Part shown: piece after piece, positions 1 to 13,048 of the stretch
Layout: each line of letters starts with the position of its first letter
Numbering within the stretch: position 1 is the stretch's first letter
Assembly: GCF_024521635.1 (NCBI RefSeq)
Contig: NW_026250422.1
Span: forward strand, 496,001-560,000
Source: Tricharina praecox
Lineage: Eukaryota
Direction: 5' to 3'
Length of the DNA: 64,000 nt
The notes under the pieces: generated by a model
Seen by the model: the letters and a program-made list of their open reading frames with translations, nothing else
Told to the model about the DNA's origin: nothing
Databases searched by the model: none
Program-made: the position numbers and the translations under genes

Positions 1-563
1 GCAAGCAAGCACCGGAGGTCCGGAGGAATATCCGCCGGAAAAGTACGGTACCGTAGGTACGACATCTCTGCATACGACTCACGACTCACGAACGTAAAAC
101 CCAGCAACTAGTAACCGCAAAGGCACGGCGGATACCGGTACAGAGACGCAGCCGGCGTTCGGACCCATCCGCATGAAATGGCCGGGTTCGGACTATACGT
201 CCCGCATGATCGAATACCTACCGCAAGCAAGCAAAGTACTTATCCACCCACCCTGCCCTATACCCTCGGCCCTAATTACTCTACTACCCTCACACTCACA
301 GCGCCCACCTCTCACACCCCCGACCCACATCCACAGCACCGCATCCGTAGGTAACATGTACCTCCCCGCATTCGTCCACGTAGTACCTTGTCGCCAAGAA
401 TACAAACCCACCCATAGGGCTGACACCCTCCCACCCACCCCCCCAAAAAATAAAAAATAAAATTCATAATAATACCTGCGGCCCCCACAGATACGGGTGC
501 AGGTATTTCAGGTGCGGGTAGACGGGTATGTAGTGAACTCCCGTGGCCACATGGCTTCTACAA

Positions 564-599
564 GGGGGGAGGGGGGGAGGGGGGGAGGGGGGGAGGGGT
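564..599 (+). repeat. G-rich tract of G runs separated by single A, potential G-quadruplex
   Basis: Five runs of four or more G separated by single A. Confidence 0.8.
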
Positions 600-749
600 G
601 TAGATATACTAGATAAATGTGCACGCGCACTTGAAATCTACGTATCTAGTAGTGGTGGGAGAACATCCGGGTCCGGGATCCATCCCTGGTAAAAAGTGAA
701 GGTGAGGAGTGATTGTTCATGATCAGGTATCTCGACATTGATATGTTGC

Positions 750-2412
750 TCAATAAATCACCTCGGCACGGAACGTTCCGCCCCCATCCCAAGGAGGCCT
801 CATGTGAAGCTCCCTGACAACCCTCTGAGCTTCGCTCTCGCTCCGACAGCGAATCAGCCATCTGCCCTCCGCACCGAGTCCCCTCCCGTCCGCCTTCAAA
901 ACCCTAGTCGAGACGTTGTTGCCACGTTTCTCCAACACGACCCTCTGCACTCCCGCGCTACCGCTTTCCGTGTCCCCGGGACAGAGCTGCACCTGTTTCT
1001 CCTCCAATATCGCCCTGACCTCGTCCGTCCTGGGCAAGAGTCCTGTCGATCTGATCCGGCCGCCGAGTCCACAGATCGTGAGCAGGACGCATCGGCCAGG
1101 TGCACCCCCACCGGCAGTGAGGACACCCTGCAGGATCACCTCCTGTTCCTTGATGCTCTTGCTGCGGCGGTCAGCATGCGTGAACTCTGGGCTCGATCCT
1201 GGCGGAAATCTGACGACGGGCCGCCCGGGCACTTTGGGGTCCGAGAAGGACAGCATCTTAGACGTAAAAGTGCCGGCCGCCGTCGGGGTGGTAAATGTGA
1301 TGTGATAGATAGGACGCCGATCGAGCGATCTGAAATCACGGAAGGGAATCACTGTAGCACACAACGCATTTCCCCCCTCATCAGCCGTCCGTTCCCCGTC
1401 TCATCGAAGAAAACACACAAGAGAGAGAATCTATCCCTCTCTCGCGGGAGCGGGTATGTTGAAACCTCGCACGATGTCGTGGTCGTCCTTGAAATCAGGA
1501 AGGTGGTGCTTTCGTGGGATCAGACGACGTATGTCGGCTCCCAGAAGCGTCGTCCCAATCCCTTTCAGTTGAACCGTCGAGGATGGTTGGAAGTCCAGGT
1601 CGACGGTGGTGGCGGTGGAGGTGGTGGTGGCACTCTTGCCAGCTAGACGGTTGTAAATAGAGCTGGATCAGCACCGAGGGGAATAAAGAAAGAACCAGAA
1701 GCCTCTGTGCAGGGACGACGGGGGGAGGGGGCGGGGATTCATTCACTCATGCAAACGAAACTGCGGCTCCACATGCATTGTGCTTGCTGCGTGTGAGAGC
1801 GGAGACACGAGATGTCGCGGGGAACCAGTGATCTCTGGACAGCAGTTTGGGGGGCGGTTGTACGAGTAGGGCAGTGGGTAGTGGGGCAGAAGACGGAGGG
1901 GGGGTCAAGATGATGCACCACATACTAGCATCGCCTTTTTGGGTATGGCCAGTTGCCGAAGTAGTCCTCCATCCTTGGTCTGATGGTCTCGATGGAAGCA
2001 TGCTGTTCAAGGTGCGGCCGCCCATGCCCGAGGCCCGATCAGCCGTCCCGCTCCGCGTATGCCGTACTGCTCGCTGAGCCCAACCACTTGGGTCCCTGAC
2101 GATGCGAACGATGTCGGTTCCTGAGCTGTCGGAACGTGGCTCTGTATTCGTGGATTCTCCGGCCAAAAAGGAACTACCGATTGGAACGGTGGCCTCACGG
2201 GCGCGGCCGGGTGCACTACGACCATCATCGTCATCTGGGTTGCGGCCAACAGCTGGTGCCGACGCTCCATCGTTGGTACGTGACGCGGACAGTCCTGCTG
2301 TAGGGATTTCGGATGATGACAAACGCCGAGTCCAAGAGGGGACAGCCCGTCGGGAAGGGCAGCAGTGATGGCAGGCGGGAAGCCAAGAGCGCAAAAGGGT
2401 GGGAGTGGGCAT
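750..2412 (-). CDS. Uncharacterised fungal protein, 4 exons, possible mitochondrial presequence
   Basis: Phase-consistent model: exons 2412-1926, 1834-1747, 1662-1466 and 1351-750, with donors GTATGT/GTGAAT/GTTTCA and CAG acceptors. The N-terminus MPTPTLLRSWLP..RRLSS is Arg/Ser-rich. The last exon looks globular (RWLIRCRSESEAQRVVRELH..AEVIY). Family not named with certainty. Confidence 0.7.
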
Positions 2413-3534
2413 GGGAATTGGAAGGGGGGGACGACTGAGGGAGGAAATCGGTTGAGGGAGGGAATCGATTGAGGGGGGAAATTGATTGAGGTGTAGGCCT
2501 TTCCGAGTCTTTCTCTGACTGCCGCTCACTTTTTTTTTTCTGATATATCGCGACGAATTGACCACGAGCCTGCCGGCGTTGTGAAACAAGCAAGCGGGGG
2601 GTTGGCTGGTGTTGCTACTGGGTGTCCGCACGACCGATTGGGACGGATGGGGGGTGGGTGGGTGGGAGGGTTGGTGTAGAGCAGAGTAGAGCAGAGTAGA
2701 GCAAAGTCGAAGAAATAGATGGGTTTGCTGCTTGGTTTGCTTTGCTCTGCGTTACTCTGCGTTGCTCTGCGTTGCTTTGCGTTGCTCTGCTGCAGGAGGA
2801 CGAATGGGAGGCCAAGCGCGACTCTGGGGTGGGGAGCCTGTCTGGTATGTAGGGGGGAGACGTGGGGACTGACGGGGGTTGGAGGGGTGGTGGTGGTGGT
2901 TGGGGGGACTGAGGGGGTGGAAGGGGTGGAGGGGAAGGTGGTGTTGGTGGGCGGGAGAGGTTTTGTTGGTAGGCCTGGGGGTGAGGGGGGGGTGAGGCGG
3001 GGGGCGGCGGTTGGCTTTGCGGATTCGGCAGTGCGATGTGGGGAAGATCGCAGAGGATGTTTTAATCGTGTCTCTCGCGGGACTCTAGAGTATCGAAATC
3101 GATGACCATGGATGGGTGGATGGGGAGGGGGGGTGCGGGAGGGGCGGGTGAAACGAGTTTTGGGGAGATTCGAGGATGACGATGCGGGCTCGTTCGTTCG
3201 CGATCGAAATGGTCTTATTTTTTTGTTTCTTTTTCTTTTTCTTTCTTTTCTTTTTGTTTCGGTTTTCTTTTTTCTTCTTTTCGGCAGCGGCCATCCGGGA
3301 CGGAGGCAGGTGCGAGGGCAGGGGTGACGCGGTGACGGGATCGGCGAGCGAGAAGGGGACTGCGAGACAGAGCGTGCGGCGGGTCGGGCTCGTTGATTGT
3401 TCTGCACGCCGCAACGACGCACTCTTCTGCGCATCCACACAGCGGGCCCGCAATGCAGCCACACATCCTACATCCACGGTAGAGTACATCGGACGGTACG
3501 GGTGCCCAGCACAGGGTAAGCTCCGATACCTTGA

Positions 3535-3612
3535 GCCGCCACCACAGCCGCCACCATAGCCACAGCCGCAGCCACAGCCGTAGCCACAGCCGTAGCCACA
3601 GTTGCAGCCACT
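3535..3612. repeat. Degenerate 6/12-mer tandem repeat (gccacagccgta-like)
   Basis: Repeated gccaca/gccgta units visible in the sequence. Confidence 0.75.
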
Positions 3613-4956
3613 GCGGCAGCGGCTCTCCGTCGCTCGGCCACTAATCGGCCCGCACATGGCCGGTTCGAATGCTCGGTGCTCGACTACCGATGTGTAGCTG
3701 TACAGTAGGGTACGAGGACCGTACTCCACTCCAGTCCAATCCAGTCCAGCCCACTCCAGTCCACCCTCACCACCCTCCAAGTGGGTGCCGAACTGCCCCC
3801 ATTCGACGTGATCCAGTCCCAGCAGCAGGAAGCAGCAGTATCCACCGTCTTGGGCCACGAACAACACACAGCAACTAAATGAAACAATGGCGCCTCGGGC
3901 CACCACCTCCACCACCACTTCCTTCTCATCCTCTTCCACCACCGTCTCGAACACGGCTACAGCCACGGCCACCACGACCGCGGCCATGGCTCTGCTGCTT
4001 CTGCATACGCCTCCCCGTCGAGTGCGTCGGAAATTACCCCATAGCAATCGTGCATTCGTTCCACTGCCGTCGAATCCAGCAGGTAGTAGGTAGTAGGGAA
4101 GTAGCTGTGCGAACGTACACAAGTGAGAGTGTAGTGCGGAGAGGAGAGGTAGGAAGTAAGTAGGGACTTAGGTAAGGACTTAGAGTAGGTACACTTGTGA
4201 ATGTGTGGAGCGAGCGTTCTATGGTTGCTAGCGACGAATGTTAGCGTACCAAATCTCTCCTTGCACTGGATGGGCCAGTTGCCCGCCCGCTCGCTGGCTC
4301 CGTCCGACCTCCTGCTGGCCGTCCGCCAGTCAACGACACCGTCCTGTCAACTGTCACCACCGCCACCACCACCACCACTTCCACCACCACCGCCATCACA
4401 CACACACACACACACCAGAAAAAACAACCTAGAGTACACACTTCTTATGCAATTCGTCTTCTAGCCAACTTTCGTAAGCAACTTCTGACATACCAGCTCG
4501 CTCATATCACTTTTCTTCCCACCCCCTCCGAATTCGTGGGAAAATAATACCCAAAAAAACAAAACTAAAAGGAAGGAAAAAAAAAGTCGGGCAAAAAAAC
4601 CAAAAAAAAATCTCTGCAACTCGGACTCTGTGATTGCTACAATGTACTCTACCAGTGCCACGATACCTCTCTGCTCTGTGCATCCACACGGTCGCTATCG
4701 GGAGGAGGGAGGAATTTTAAACTCTGCAACTGCTAACAGTTTCTCGTAATCCCCTCCCCCCCATCCCCCATCCCCCTTCTTCGTCGTCGTCGTGAGTCGT
4801 GACCCAATTGTGCTCGCCCTCGTATGTGTGTGCTTGCGGCGGCAGTAGAAAGAAGAAGGGACGAAAGAAACCGGTCCCGCTGGTCCTTGACCCACCGGCC
4901 ATGCGTAAAAGCCGGTGCTCATGCATGCGGTCTTTCGGCCAAGCTGCCGCGGCCTG

Positions 4957-5024
4957 CATACACACATACATACACACATACACACATACATACCCACCTA
5001 CACACATACATACCTCATACATAC
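4957..5024. repeat. Compound (TACA)n/(CA)n microsatellite
   Basis: catacacacatacatacacacatacacacatacata... Confidence 0.85.
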
Positions 5025-5619
5025 GTGCGAAAGCTTGACCAATGCCTCCCCAGCGGTCATGCTGTAGGGTGGTAGTAATAGTGATGGCGGTGGTGGTGGT
5101 CGTGGTGGTGGTGCGGACTCGCCTGCCATTCCCCCTTCCCCCAGATCCTCCTTCCTGACAACTCACTCGTACCTGGCCGGCTTAGTGCCCTTCGCATTCC
5201 CTGATCTACCGGGTCCAAATCGCCGGGACGCCAGCGGAAAGGTCCCAATATTCTGACTGAGAGAGAGAGAGAACTCCTGCCCTTCCGTGTGGTCTCGTCG
5301 TTCCCTTCCAACCACTCACCTCCCTCGCTCACTCACTCACTCCCCTCCATAGCCCATATGCGGAAGAAACTTGACTTGCGGGCATTCCTGAACTGAGTTG
5401 CCCACTCCCTCTCCCACTCCCCCCCACCACCTCCACCCCTACGCCGGAAAGCCCGCCCACCACGCGGAGTCCATCGTTTCGGCGTTTCGTCTCTCGCCCT
5501 CGTTCCCATCTCCTCCCAAAAAATGTCGACAAGAACTGATATAAAGGGCTCCTCCGTTCCTCCTCCTCAGGTTTCTCTTCATCCCAACACTCCTTCACAC
5601 TCCTCTTCACTGGCAGCAA

Positions 5620-5627
<8 letters not shown>

Positions 5628-5660
<33 letters not shown>

Positions 5661-5680
5661 CAGCGACGGCGGCGGCGGCG
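5628..5680. repeat. (CAG)n followed by (CGG)n microsatellite
   Basis: About 10 CAG units followed by GGC units. Confidence 0.85.
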
Positions 5681-7609
5681 GTGAGGGGAGAAAAACCAAT
5701 ACCACCACTACCACTACCGCCACCATCACCATCACCACCACCTCGTCTTCATCATCTTTCTCCTCCTCACACTCCTCGACTTCAAATCCTACTTCAACCA
5801 GCCCGCCAGCCAGCCAGCCAGCCAGCCAGCCATGGAAACCCGCCCCGGCCAGGACTCTCCCGCACACAATCTCTCCCACCTGGATTCGCGGCCGCCATCT
5901 CCGCCACAGCCTGGATGAAAACTTTCTCTATCACTTGCACTTGCACAGGACAGGAAGGCAGACACTTGTCAGTACCACGTAAGATGGGATCGAAGGGTAG
6001 GAATGCCTTTCGATGCCATCTTTACGTGGAGTTGGAGCGTAGTAGCCTTTTCCTCGTACTGTGTCTTCGAGGTAGCAAAAACCAACCAACAACAAAACCC
6101 CATATCATACCAAAAAAAAAAAAAAATGCAGCATGAAAACCACAATTTTCTCTCTCCCACGAGCCGGTCGGGTTCCTCTCCGGTGCTTGTACGGAGATGA
6201 TGGGTTTGGAAGGGGGAGGGGTAGGGGGTTGGCCGGACGAGGCCATTGAGAAAAAAAAATTATAGGTACTTCTTCCTCTTGCGCATTTCATTAAGGGTCC
6301 GCAAGCACAGGGGGTGGGTGGTGGGAAAGTGCCCCAGGTGGGGAGACTTCCTTCGTTTCTGCTGGTGGGAAAAGCAGAAGCAGCACACAGGCCCAAATTT
6401 TGCGTGGTTGATTGGAACACGCTAGCCGATCAGGTTCCATGGTACGCAGTGCGCGGGCCGATCCGTATTGATTAGGCTGCGGGAAAGCACAGCAAGATTG
6501 ATATCCTCGCATCCATCATCTGGCAGTCAGATTAAACCTCCCAACCAATAGGTCAGCAGCTCATGCCCATCCTGCAGGCACTGCAAAATATCGCTCCGAC
6601 GAACGATGGTAACACAATTCGATGTCTCGGCCCTTAGGATGAGGATAGGCGACAGGCACATACCACCTCCCGAGGGTACCGCTACGGGCGGTTTCGCGAT
6701 CCAAGGTCTCTCTTGTTCTCCCGATATCCCTCCGTCGTTTGATTTCTGCTCGTTTCGTTTATCTCTCTCCCAAATCCTCCAAGTGTCATCCAATTTGTAC
6801 CGCAGATTCCAATATAACTGTACTTTGCATCATGCCGGCGTTCGTTTGAGTCCGTCCAACCGTTTACAGGATGGGGAGGGACCAAGCATAATCTGCCGCG
6901 GATTTACTACGGTCAAGCCCGTGATGTTTTGACCGTGTGATGATGCAATGGACTGGCCGAAATCTGAAGTTGTTGATATGTGACGGACGGTACATGTCCG
7001 GTGCGGCCGCGCTGTTGCAGTGAGGGCTACATGGAAACCACAGGCCCCACAACTAACTTCCTTGCAGCCACCCGCTTTTGATGTAATATCGGAACGGCCC
7101 AGTCACCGACCCAGAAATCCAAACCGCCCATTTTTTCCTGTAGCGCACCGGCGGCACCGCTCGCTGCACGTACGATGCAGCTGCAAAATAAGTCATGGCC
7201 ACCACCACAACCCTCTCCCCCTCTCGGCATGATCCTGTTTGTGGTGGTGGTGCGGTGCGGTGCTGGATCAAACTAATGCGCGTCATTTCAGTCGCAGCCT
7301 GCCGACTGGCTCATGTACACCTGATACCTCCGGCGGGATCGCGTATCCTGCTAGCTACTCCATAGGTGTGGGGGTGCCAGCTCCCAACGTGTGCCGTATG
7401 ACTTCCATTGTAGAAACCGATCGGTAGTCGCGGTTAGCAGAATTCAATTCTCGCTGGTCAGTTGGCTTCCGAGTCGAAATATAGATCGTAAACACGGGGA
7501 ATTTACCCTCTAGTTCGCTCTGCTCAGTCACCCTTAGAATATTATTGAGGATTATGATAAGATGCAGAACGATTAGTCGAGTCCAACGACGATGTAGATT
7601 CACTGGCTG

Positions 7610-8351
7610 TCACTCGCTACATCCACCAAGAATAAGATCATGGTCGGGTGCCATTCCAATGTGCTCAACTTCGATTTCAAAACCGCACTGGCGGATAAGC
7701 TCCAGTGGCGTGTGTGGTGTTTCCCCATATCCGGTGGAAGACTGTTTCATTTCGATTGGTCCGTGGTGTTTCAGTCCGGGTGGAACGATGTTTTGTCCGC
7801 TCTGAATGGAATCAACAAGTTAGTCAGGCTTCCGCGAACCAGAAGAAAACTTACTGCTGGAACACGATCCCTCTCATCCACTTGTTCTGCACCGGATGTT
7901 CCGCACCGGATGTTCCGTTGTTGTTCCGCCCACAGGCTGGCAAAGCGCTCAATATCACATCCACTGGTTCGGAAACAGCCCCTCGCGCAACGAGGAATTC
8001 TGGTGGAGTGCTGAAGGTTTCCGTGCGCACTATACCCGAGGACTCAAATGCCGGCGAGACTTGGATTCAGCACAGGTCTTCCAATCAAAATTCGGAAGAC
8101 AACCCTCACCGATTTGAGATGTTCTTATTGGGGAAGTTCGGTGAAATCGCGCCCAGCAAACCGTCGGTCACGGCAAAGAGCAAGTCACCAAGAAGCTGAA
8201 GCCTGAATGGCTCTGGTATAGACAACAGCTGCGCTGTCTCTCGTGCGTGTGCATGGAATGCAATGTGGACATGACCCCGCTTGGCGTATGTATGCGGTCT
8301 TCGGTGGCTTGCGGGGGAACTGACTCTGTTTGCATCAAGGTGCGTTGTCAT
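7610..8351 (-). CDS. Putative lineage-specific 3-exon protein (~202 aa)
   Basis: Exons 8351-8110, 8029-7855 and 7801-7610 join in frame. Intron 2 is textbook (GTAAGT..CTAAC..CAG, 53 nt) and intron 1 is GTGAGG..TAG. No recognisable domain. Confidence 0.35.
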
Positions 8352-8553
8352 GGATTAATACCTAGCCCTCACCCTCCCACATGCATTTCTCGATCAAATA
8401 TCCGGATTAGGTTGGGTATCCGCTGTTTGCGGTCGCGCAGAATTTGCGGTGATGTGTGTAGGGTTGGCGTTTGCAGTTACATAACCACACGTACACCAGC
8501 GCCGTATCCGCACTGTATCGTATCCCGATATCGTTCAACTTCAGGGCCAGGTT

Positions 8554-8589
8554 TGGGGGCGGGGGCGGGGGGGGGGGGGGGGGGTGGGG
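8554..8589 (+). repeat. Poly-G tract
   Basis: gggggcgggggc followed by a long G run. Confidence 0.85.
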
Positions 8590-10610
8590 CCTTGACAAGC
8601 CCGCTTAAGTGGCTAGACCCTGGGACTAGCTACTTTCTCCGAGATTTGGCTGGTCGACCGGACGGGTTTCAATCTTGTTGAGCACAGCTGGTTGCCATGG
8701 TGAGTTGCGAGCACATACCGGTCAATAGCCGGCCGGTTACAGGCACAGCGGATAACGGACAAGCTGCGATACGCTTGGATCTAATCTCGGCAACGTTATC
8801 CTCAGCCGAAAAAAACTTCCGTCGCGAGCTTGCGGGGGGCTGGAAAGGCTGGCAGCAATGCCGCTGCCGCGGAAAGATTAGACAGCAAAACGTCCACCAA
8901 AAGACAATTGCAAAGCGCGCGGGGCGGGCTCGAGGCGCGTCGCACACCGTCGTGCGGGTGCCGAGTGCCACCCTGTGAATGAGCCATGACGACGGTCTCA
9001 TTTTCGAAGATGAATGGATATTTGTGATGAGGAGTTGGCTTCCGTTAGGAGGGGTTGCCAACACAGCAGTGTAGCACCGTCGGACGATCGATATTGGTGA
9101 CTGCGTTTCAGAAACTTCGCTCAACTAAAATCCAGCTTCACGCACGATCTGCGCTCCGCGAAAAGGTCTAGAGTCCAAGCTTCATACCCAGACAGACTCT
9201 GCGGATCCATACTCTGTTGAGGAACAAACTGTGTTCCCTTCGTGAAACGAGTTTGAGTCGGCGGGCAAAGGTTGCTCGGTATAGTGGTGCACCGCTGGCG
9301 ATCGAAGATCATATCCGGATCTGAGTTTCGTCCTGATGCCGCCGAGGAGTCGTGGGTTTGAGGATATTAGACCTGTTCAATAGGATCCGTAGGCTAGAGT
9401 GGAGGGGTAGCAGTTGTAAATACCTGTCACACACACACCCCACCCCTTGAGGGGGAGTCGAGAGTCAAGACACACACGTAGCTTTCGGTTTTCTGAGACA
9501 TATTCGCTGAGCGTCCCAAGTGCGTGTATTGGTTTTACTCGGGCTCTGTCCAGCGATTCTCCCTTGCTTTGTAGTGAGAATCTCAAGACGAAGAACCACG
9601 CCTATCCTGGTGACGGCTTCGGTGATCGAGCCGGTCGCTTTCGGAGTCCGAAAGAGGGGTTTCACAAACGACCACATTTCCAGGCGCTCAGCGGTCTGTC
9701 CAGCACCGATCCTCCAGGACTCTCGACGACCTGTGCCCCCGGGGTCCTGCCTTCAAACTTCCCGTTCCACGCCTGCTGGGGAGCGGGTAGGAGTGACTCG
9801 GCATTCGAACGGGGCCTCTGGTGACATAGAAACGGAGCGAGCTCAAAGGGCGCCGGCGATACATGACTTTCGTTCTTCTTCGGTAGCGCTGGTCCGTCCG
9901 ATGGAAACGGTGTTGCCAAGTGCGAGTGTCTTCCGATGAAGAAATGCGGGCACTCATTTGAGGCGGATGAAGCCACCATGGCCACGTGACTGCACTAGGC
10001 TCAGACGGTCGGGTACTTAATCCCTTTTCTTCCGGGTTCATTCGTCTAAAACTTTTCATCGACTCCAACCACGCACGCGCATGCTATGATGTTCGAATTC
10101 CTCTCGATCAGTTGCCATCGGCCCGTCATGAGTGGATTTCCCCGCTGTACATAAGTAACAATTAATACACACGATCATACGATCATCCAATCATTAGCCG
10201 ATACTGACTGTCCCTCTCCCTCTTCAACTTTTTGCTTTATTTCTTTCCATACTTGAATTTCCCCGCCCCATCCACAGTACTCCTCTCACGAGAGAGTATT
10301 GTAACTGGTGCACCTCATGGTGCATCGGTAACCTGTTCAGATGGGGCGCAGATCAAACACAACCTTCGAGACTGGATTAGTCTCCAGTCTCAACGGAGGC
10401 AGCTCACGATTAAGCCGGAATCCCCTACACTCAGTGAGGGTGGTTTGACTACGTATGGGCTTACATTGCATTTCGCACTCTTCTACTTCTCGTGGATCAG
10501 GTTTCAGTTTGAGGTCATATGCGCGCATTGCTATTGTACAAATCCAAACTCCAATACAAATCGTTTCCGTAAATTGAAAAAAAAATAGCCCCCCCTCCCA
10601 CCCGCAACCG

Positions 10611-13048
10611 CTACCAGGCATTTCCCATCCGGTGTTCCTTCAGGTACTCGCTTCCGTTCTCCAGGTACTCCGCCCTGGTAACGATTGCCCTCCTCCACTC
10701 CGCGTTCTTCTCCGGAGCCCCACACCACGCCGCAGCACCACGCCAGGCATCCAACAGGACATCTCCTGCCGTTCGGACGTTGATGAGCGACCCAGCAGGC
10801 ATGACCGCAGTCAACTCCTGCTTGAGCCTTTCATCAAATCCCTTGAACGAGATGCTTCCACCCGTGCAGAAGATGTCCTTGAGGATGTTGTTTCTCTCTG
10901 CAGGATCGGAGATCCTGTGCAGCAGGATGTCCGAAGCAATCTCCACGATTCCGGCTTGGTCGAGTCCCGCCATAGACGGCTCAAAGACCACCTCCGGAAC
11001 TCTGATGCGCTCGATGTTGATGTGCATCTGGTTCTGCTCGGCCTGGTTCTCCGGATCAAAAGGCCGGGAACCCCGCAAGAACGCGTGGATCAAGCTCTTG
11101 CTCCAGTCCTCCTGGGCATCCCTGGTGTGGTGCTCCTCAAAGTCGGGATCGTGTTCCAGCAACTGGGCTTCGATCGACTTAAGCTCCCGGTTGAGCTCTT
11201 CTTCTTCATCCTCGTCGTCCTCGCCGGTTCCTCCCGTTCCGATGGAACGGTAGACAGCCCAATCGTCGTCGTTGGCACCGAAATTGTCGTCCGCGTCAGC
11301 ATTTCCTCCGCGACGGCGCTTCTTGGCGGCCGGCGTGTCGGAAGCCAAGTTGGCAATAGACTTCATCCGCATCTGACTCGCTAGGGACTTGCGATCTGTG
11401 AGCTCGGTACGCAGGCGCTGTCGTTCCTTGAGCTTGGCAACGAGGCCATCTCGGACGGCCCTCTTCTCGAAGACCCAGGTGTCCGGGTCTCTCTCCCTGT
11501 TCTCCGCGTCCTTGCGTTCTTCATCTGCGATGCGAGCTTTCTCGGCATCTTTCTCGGCCTTAGCCCGTAGGCGAGCGTCGTGACTGCTCTTGACCAGCTT
11601 TTGCTGTCTCTTCTGCTTCTTCTGTTCCTCGTCTAGATCCTCATCTGGGATATCGATCAAAGGGAAGGATGGCGCATCGTCGACTTCTTCTTCTCCAACG
11701 TCCTGCTTCCGTGCGCGGCGGATCGTCTTGTCGAGTTCCTTGATTATCTTATCCAGCTGTGATTCGTCATCGAAGTCGTTAGACTCGAGTAGACGCTTGA
11801 AGTCACGCTTGGCCATCGTATCGGCCTTTGACTGGAGGTCCTTGTAGTATTCGAGCTCTCCCTCTTTCTTAATAAGCTGTAGGGCAATATATTAGTACAT
11901 AGCTTCATTGATAACTGGAAACACATCGGCCATACCTTTTCAAGCCTCGACTTGGCAGCTTGTTCTTGCAATCTTCTTCCACTCTCTTTTCTCTTCTCGG
12001 CGAGTTTTTCAAGCTCCTCCTGAGACTTCTCAATCTTGATAGCTTCTGTGAACGGAAACTGCACCACTCTATCCTTCTCCTCCTTGTCCTTCGTGAGAAA
12101 TTTCTCCAGCTCCTCCTTGTAGTCATTCGACACGTAGCAATGATCCATCATCAGAGCCTCTGCCTGCCAATTGGCGAGCTTGGACGGGAAAGTAGGATAT
12201 TTCAACTGCATCAGCTTGAGCATGAAATCTGCGCCCTGCGATCCTCCCCAATTCAATCTAGTCGTCATAGGGATGAGACCCTTCCCATCGATGACGGGGA
12301 TCAGATGGGTTGCCGTGTTACCGGAAGACATCACCAAGCCAGTCTTGCCGCCATTGTAGTTGAAGGAGAAGAGCGCATCGATTCCGTATACAAGACTCGG
12401 GGCGCTGTAAGCTTCGAAGACCAGTTCAGTAACCACTATGTAGTATTAGTAACTTGTCATGTATATGTGAATCGAGTGAGACTTACTCTTCCTGCTGTAG
12501 TTTGGATTGCACACTGGCTCTGTCATAACTAGTGGGTGTCCGAGACCACCAGACTTATCGCCTTCGATTCCCAACTTGATAAATGCGTAGTCCAGATACA
12601 TCTCCATCGCGTCAAAGTTGCTCACGACATTTCCATCAAATATGTTCTTGGCCTGACCGCGCGCAGTCGCATCAACGTTGACATCCCAGCCGCCAAAGGT
12701 GTATTTCTTGCCGATCTTGCGGTCAAGATAGCGAGAGACTTGAGGAGGACATGTAAGGCGAGGGGTCGGGTCGTGCGCAAAGCCGGCACGCGTTCGCCAC
12801 GATCCTAGAGATGCGCGCGCAAGTCAGTTACTTACTCGCTGAAGGAGAATATGCGCAGTAGCGAAATGGAGCTTTGACTTACCATTGTCAATCACAATAG
12901 GCAAGCTGTTGTTAAATTTGAAAGACGAATCGAAGTCGGCATTAATGTTTTTTGTCGATGGCGCAGGCGGATTGGGGAGTGTGTAGAGCTTTGGTGGAGG
13001 TAAAGGCGTAGCTAACGTCCTCGTAGACGAGCTGTTAGAGGAAGCCAT
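10611..13048 (-). CDS. ARP5: Actin-related protein Arp5, INO80 chromatin remodelling complex subunit (4 exons)
   Basis: Actin-fold motifs (PIVIDNG, ELVFEAYSAP, ERIRVPEVVFEP, NIFCTGG-like DIFCTGG, DAWRGAA, EYLENGSEYLKEH) plus the Arp5-specific charged insertion (KRKESGRRLQEQAAK, RKSLASQMRMKSIA, DDNFGANDDDWAVY). Canonical GT-AG introns. Confidence 0.95.

Noticed and set aside
738..1646. 302-aa plus-strand ORF
   Set aside because: It overlaps the minus-strand 4-exon gene, which has consistent splice signals.
3655..3685. GGTTCGAAT motif like a tRNA T-loop (also near 10091)
   Set aside because: No cloverleaf, acceptor stem or A box.
3085..4122. 345-aa ORF with a GCGYGCGY repeat resembling Gly/Tyr/Cys-rich structural proteins
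   Set aside because: It has a non-ATG start and is a patchwork of microsatellite-derived low-complexity segments. Stop scarcity is explained by the repeats.
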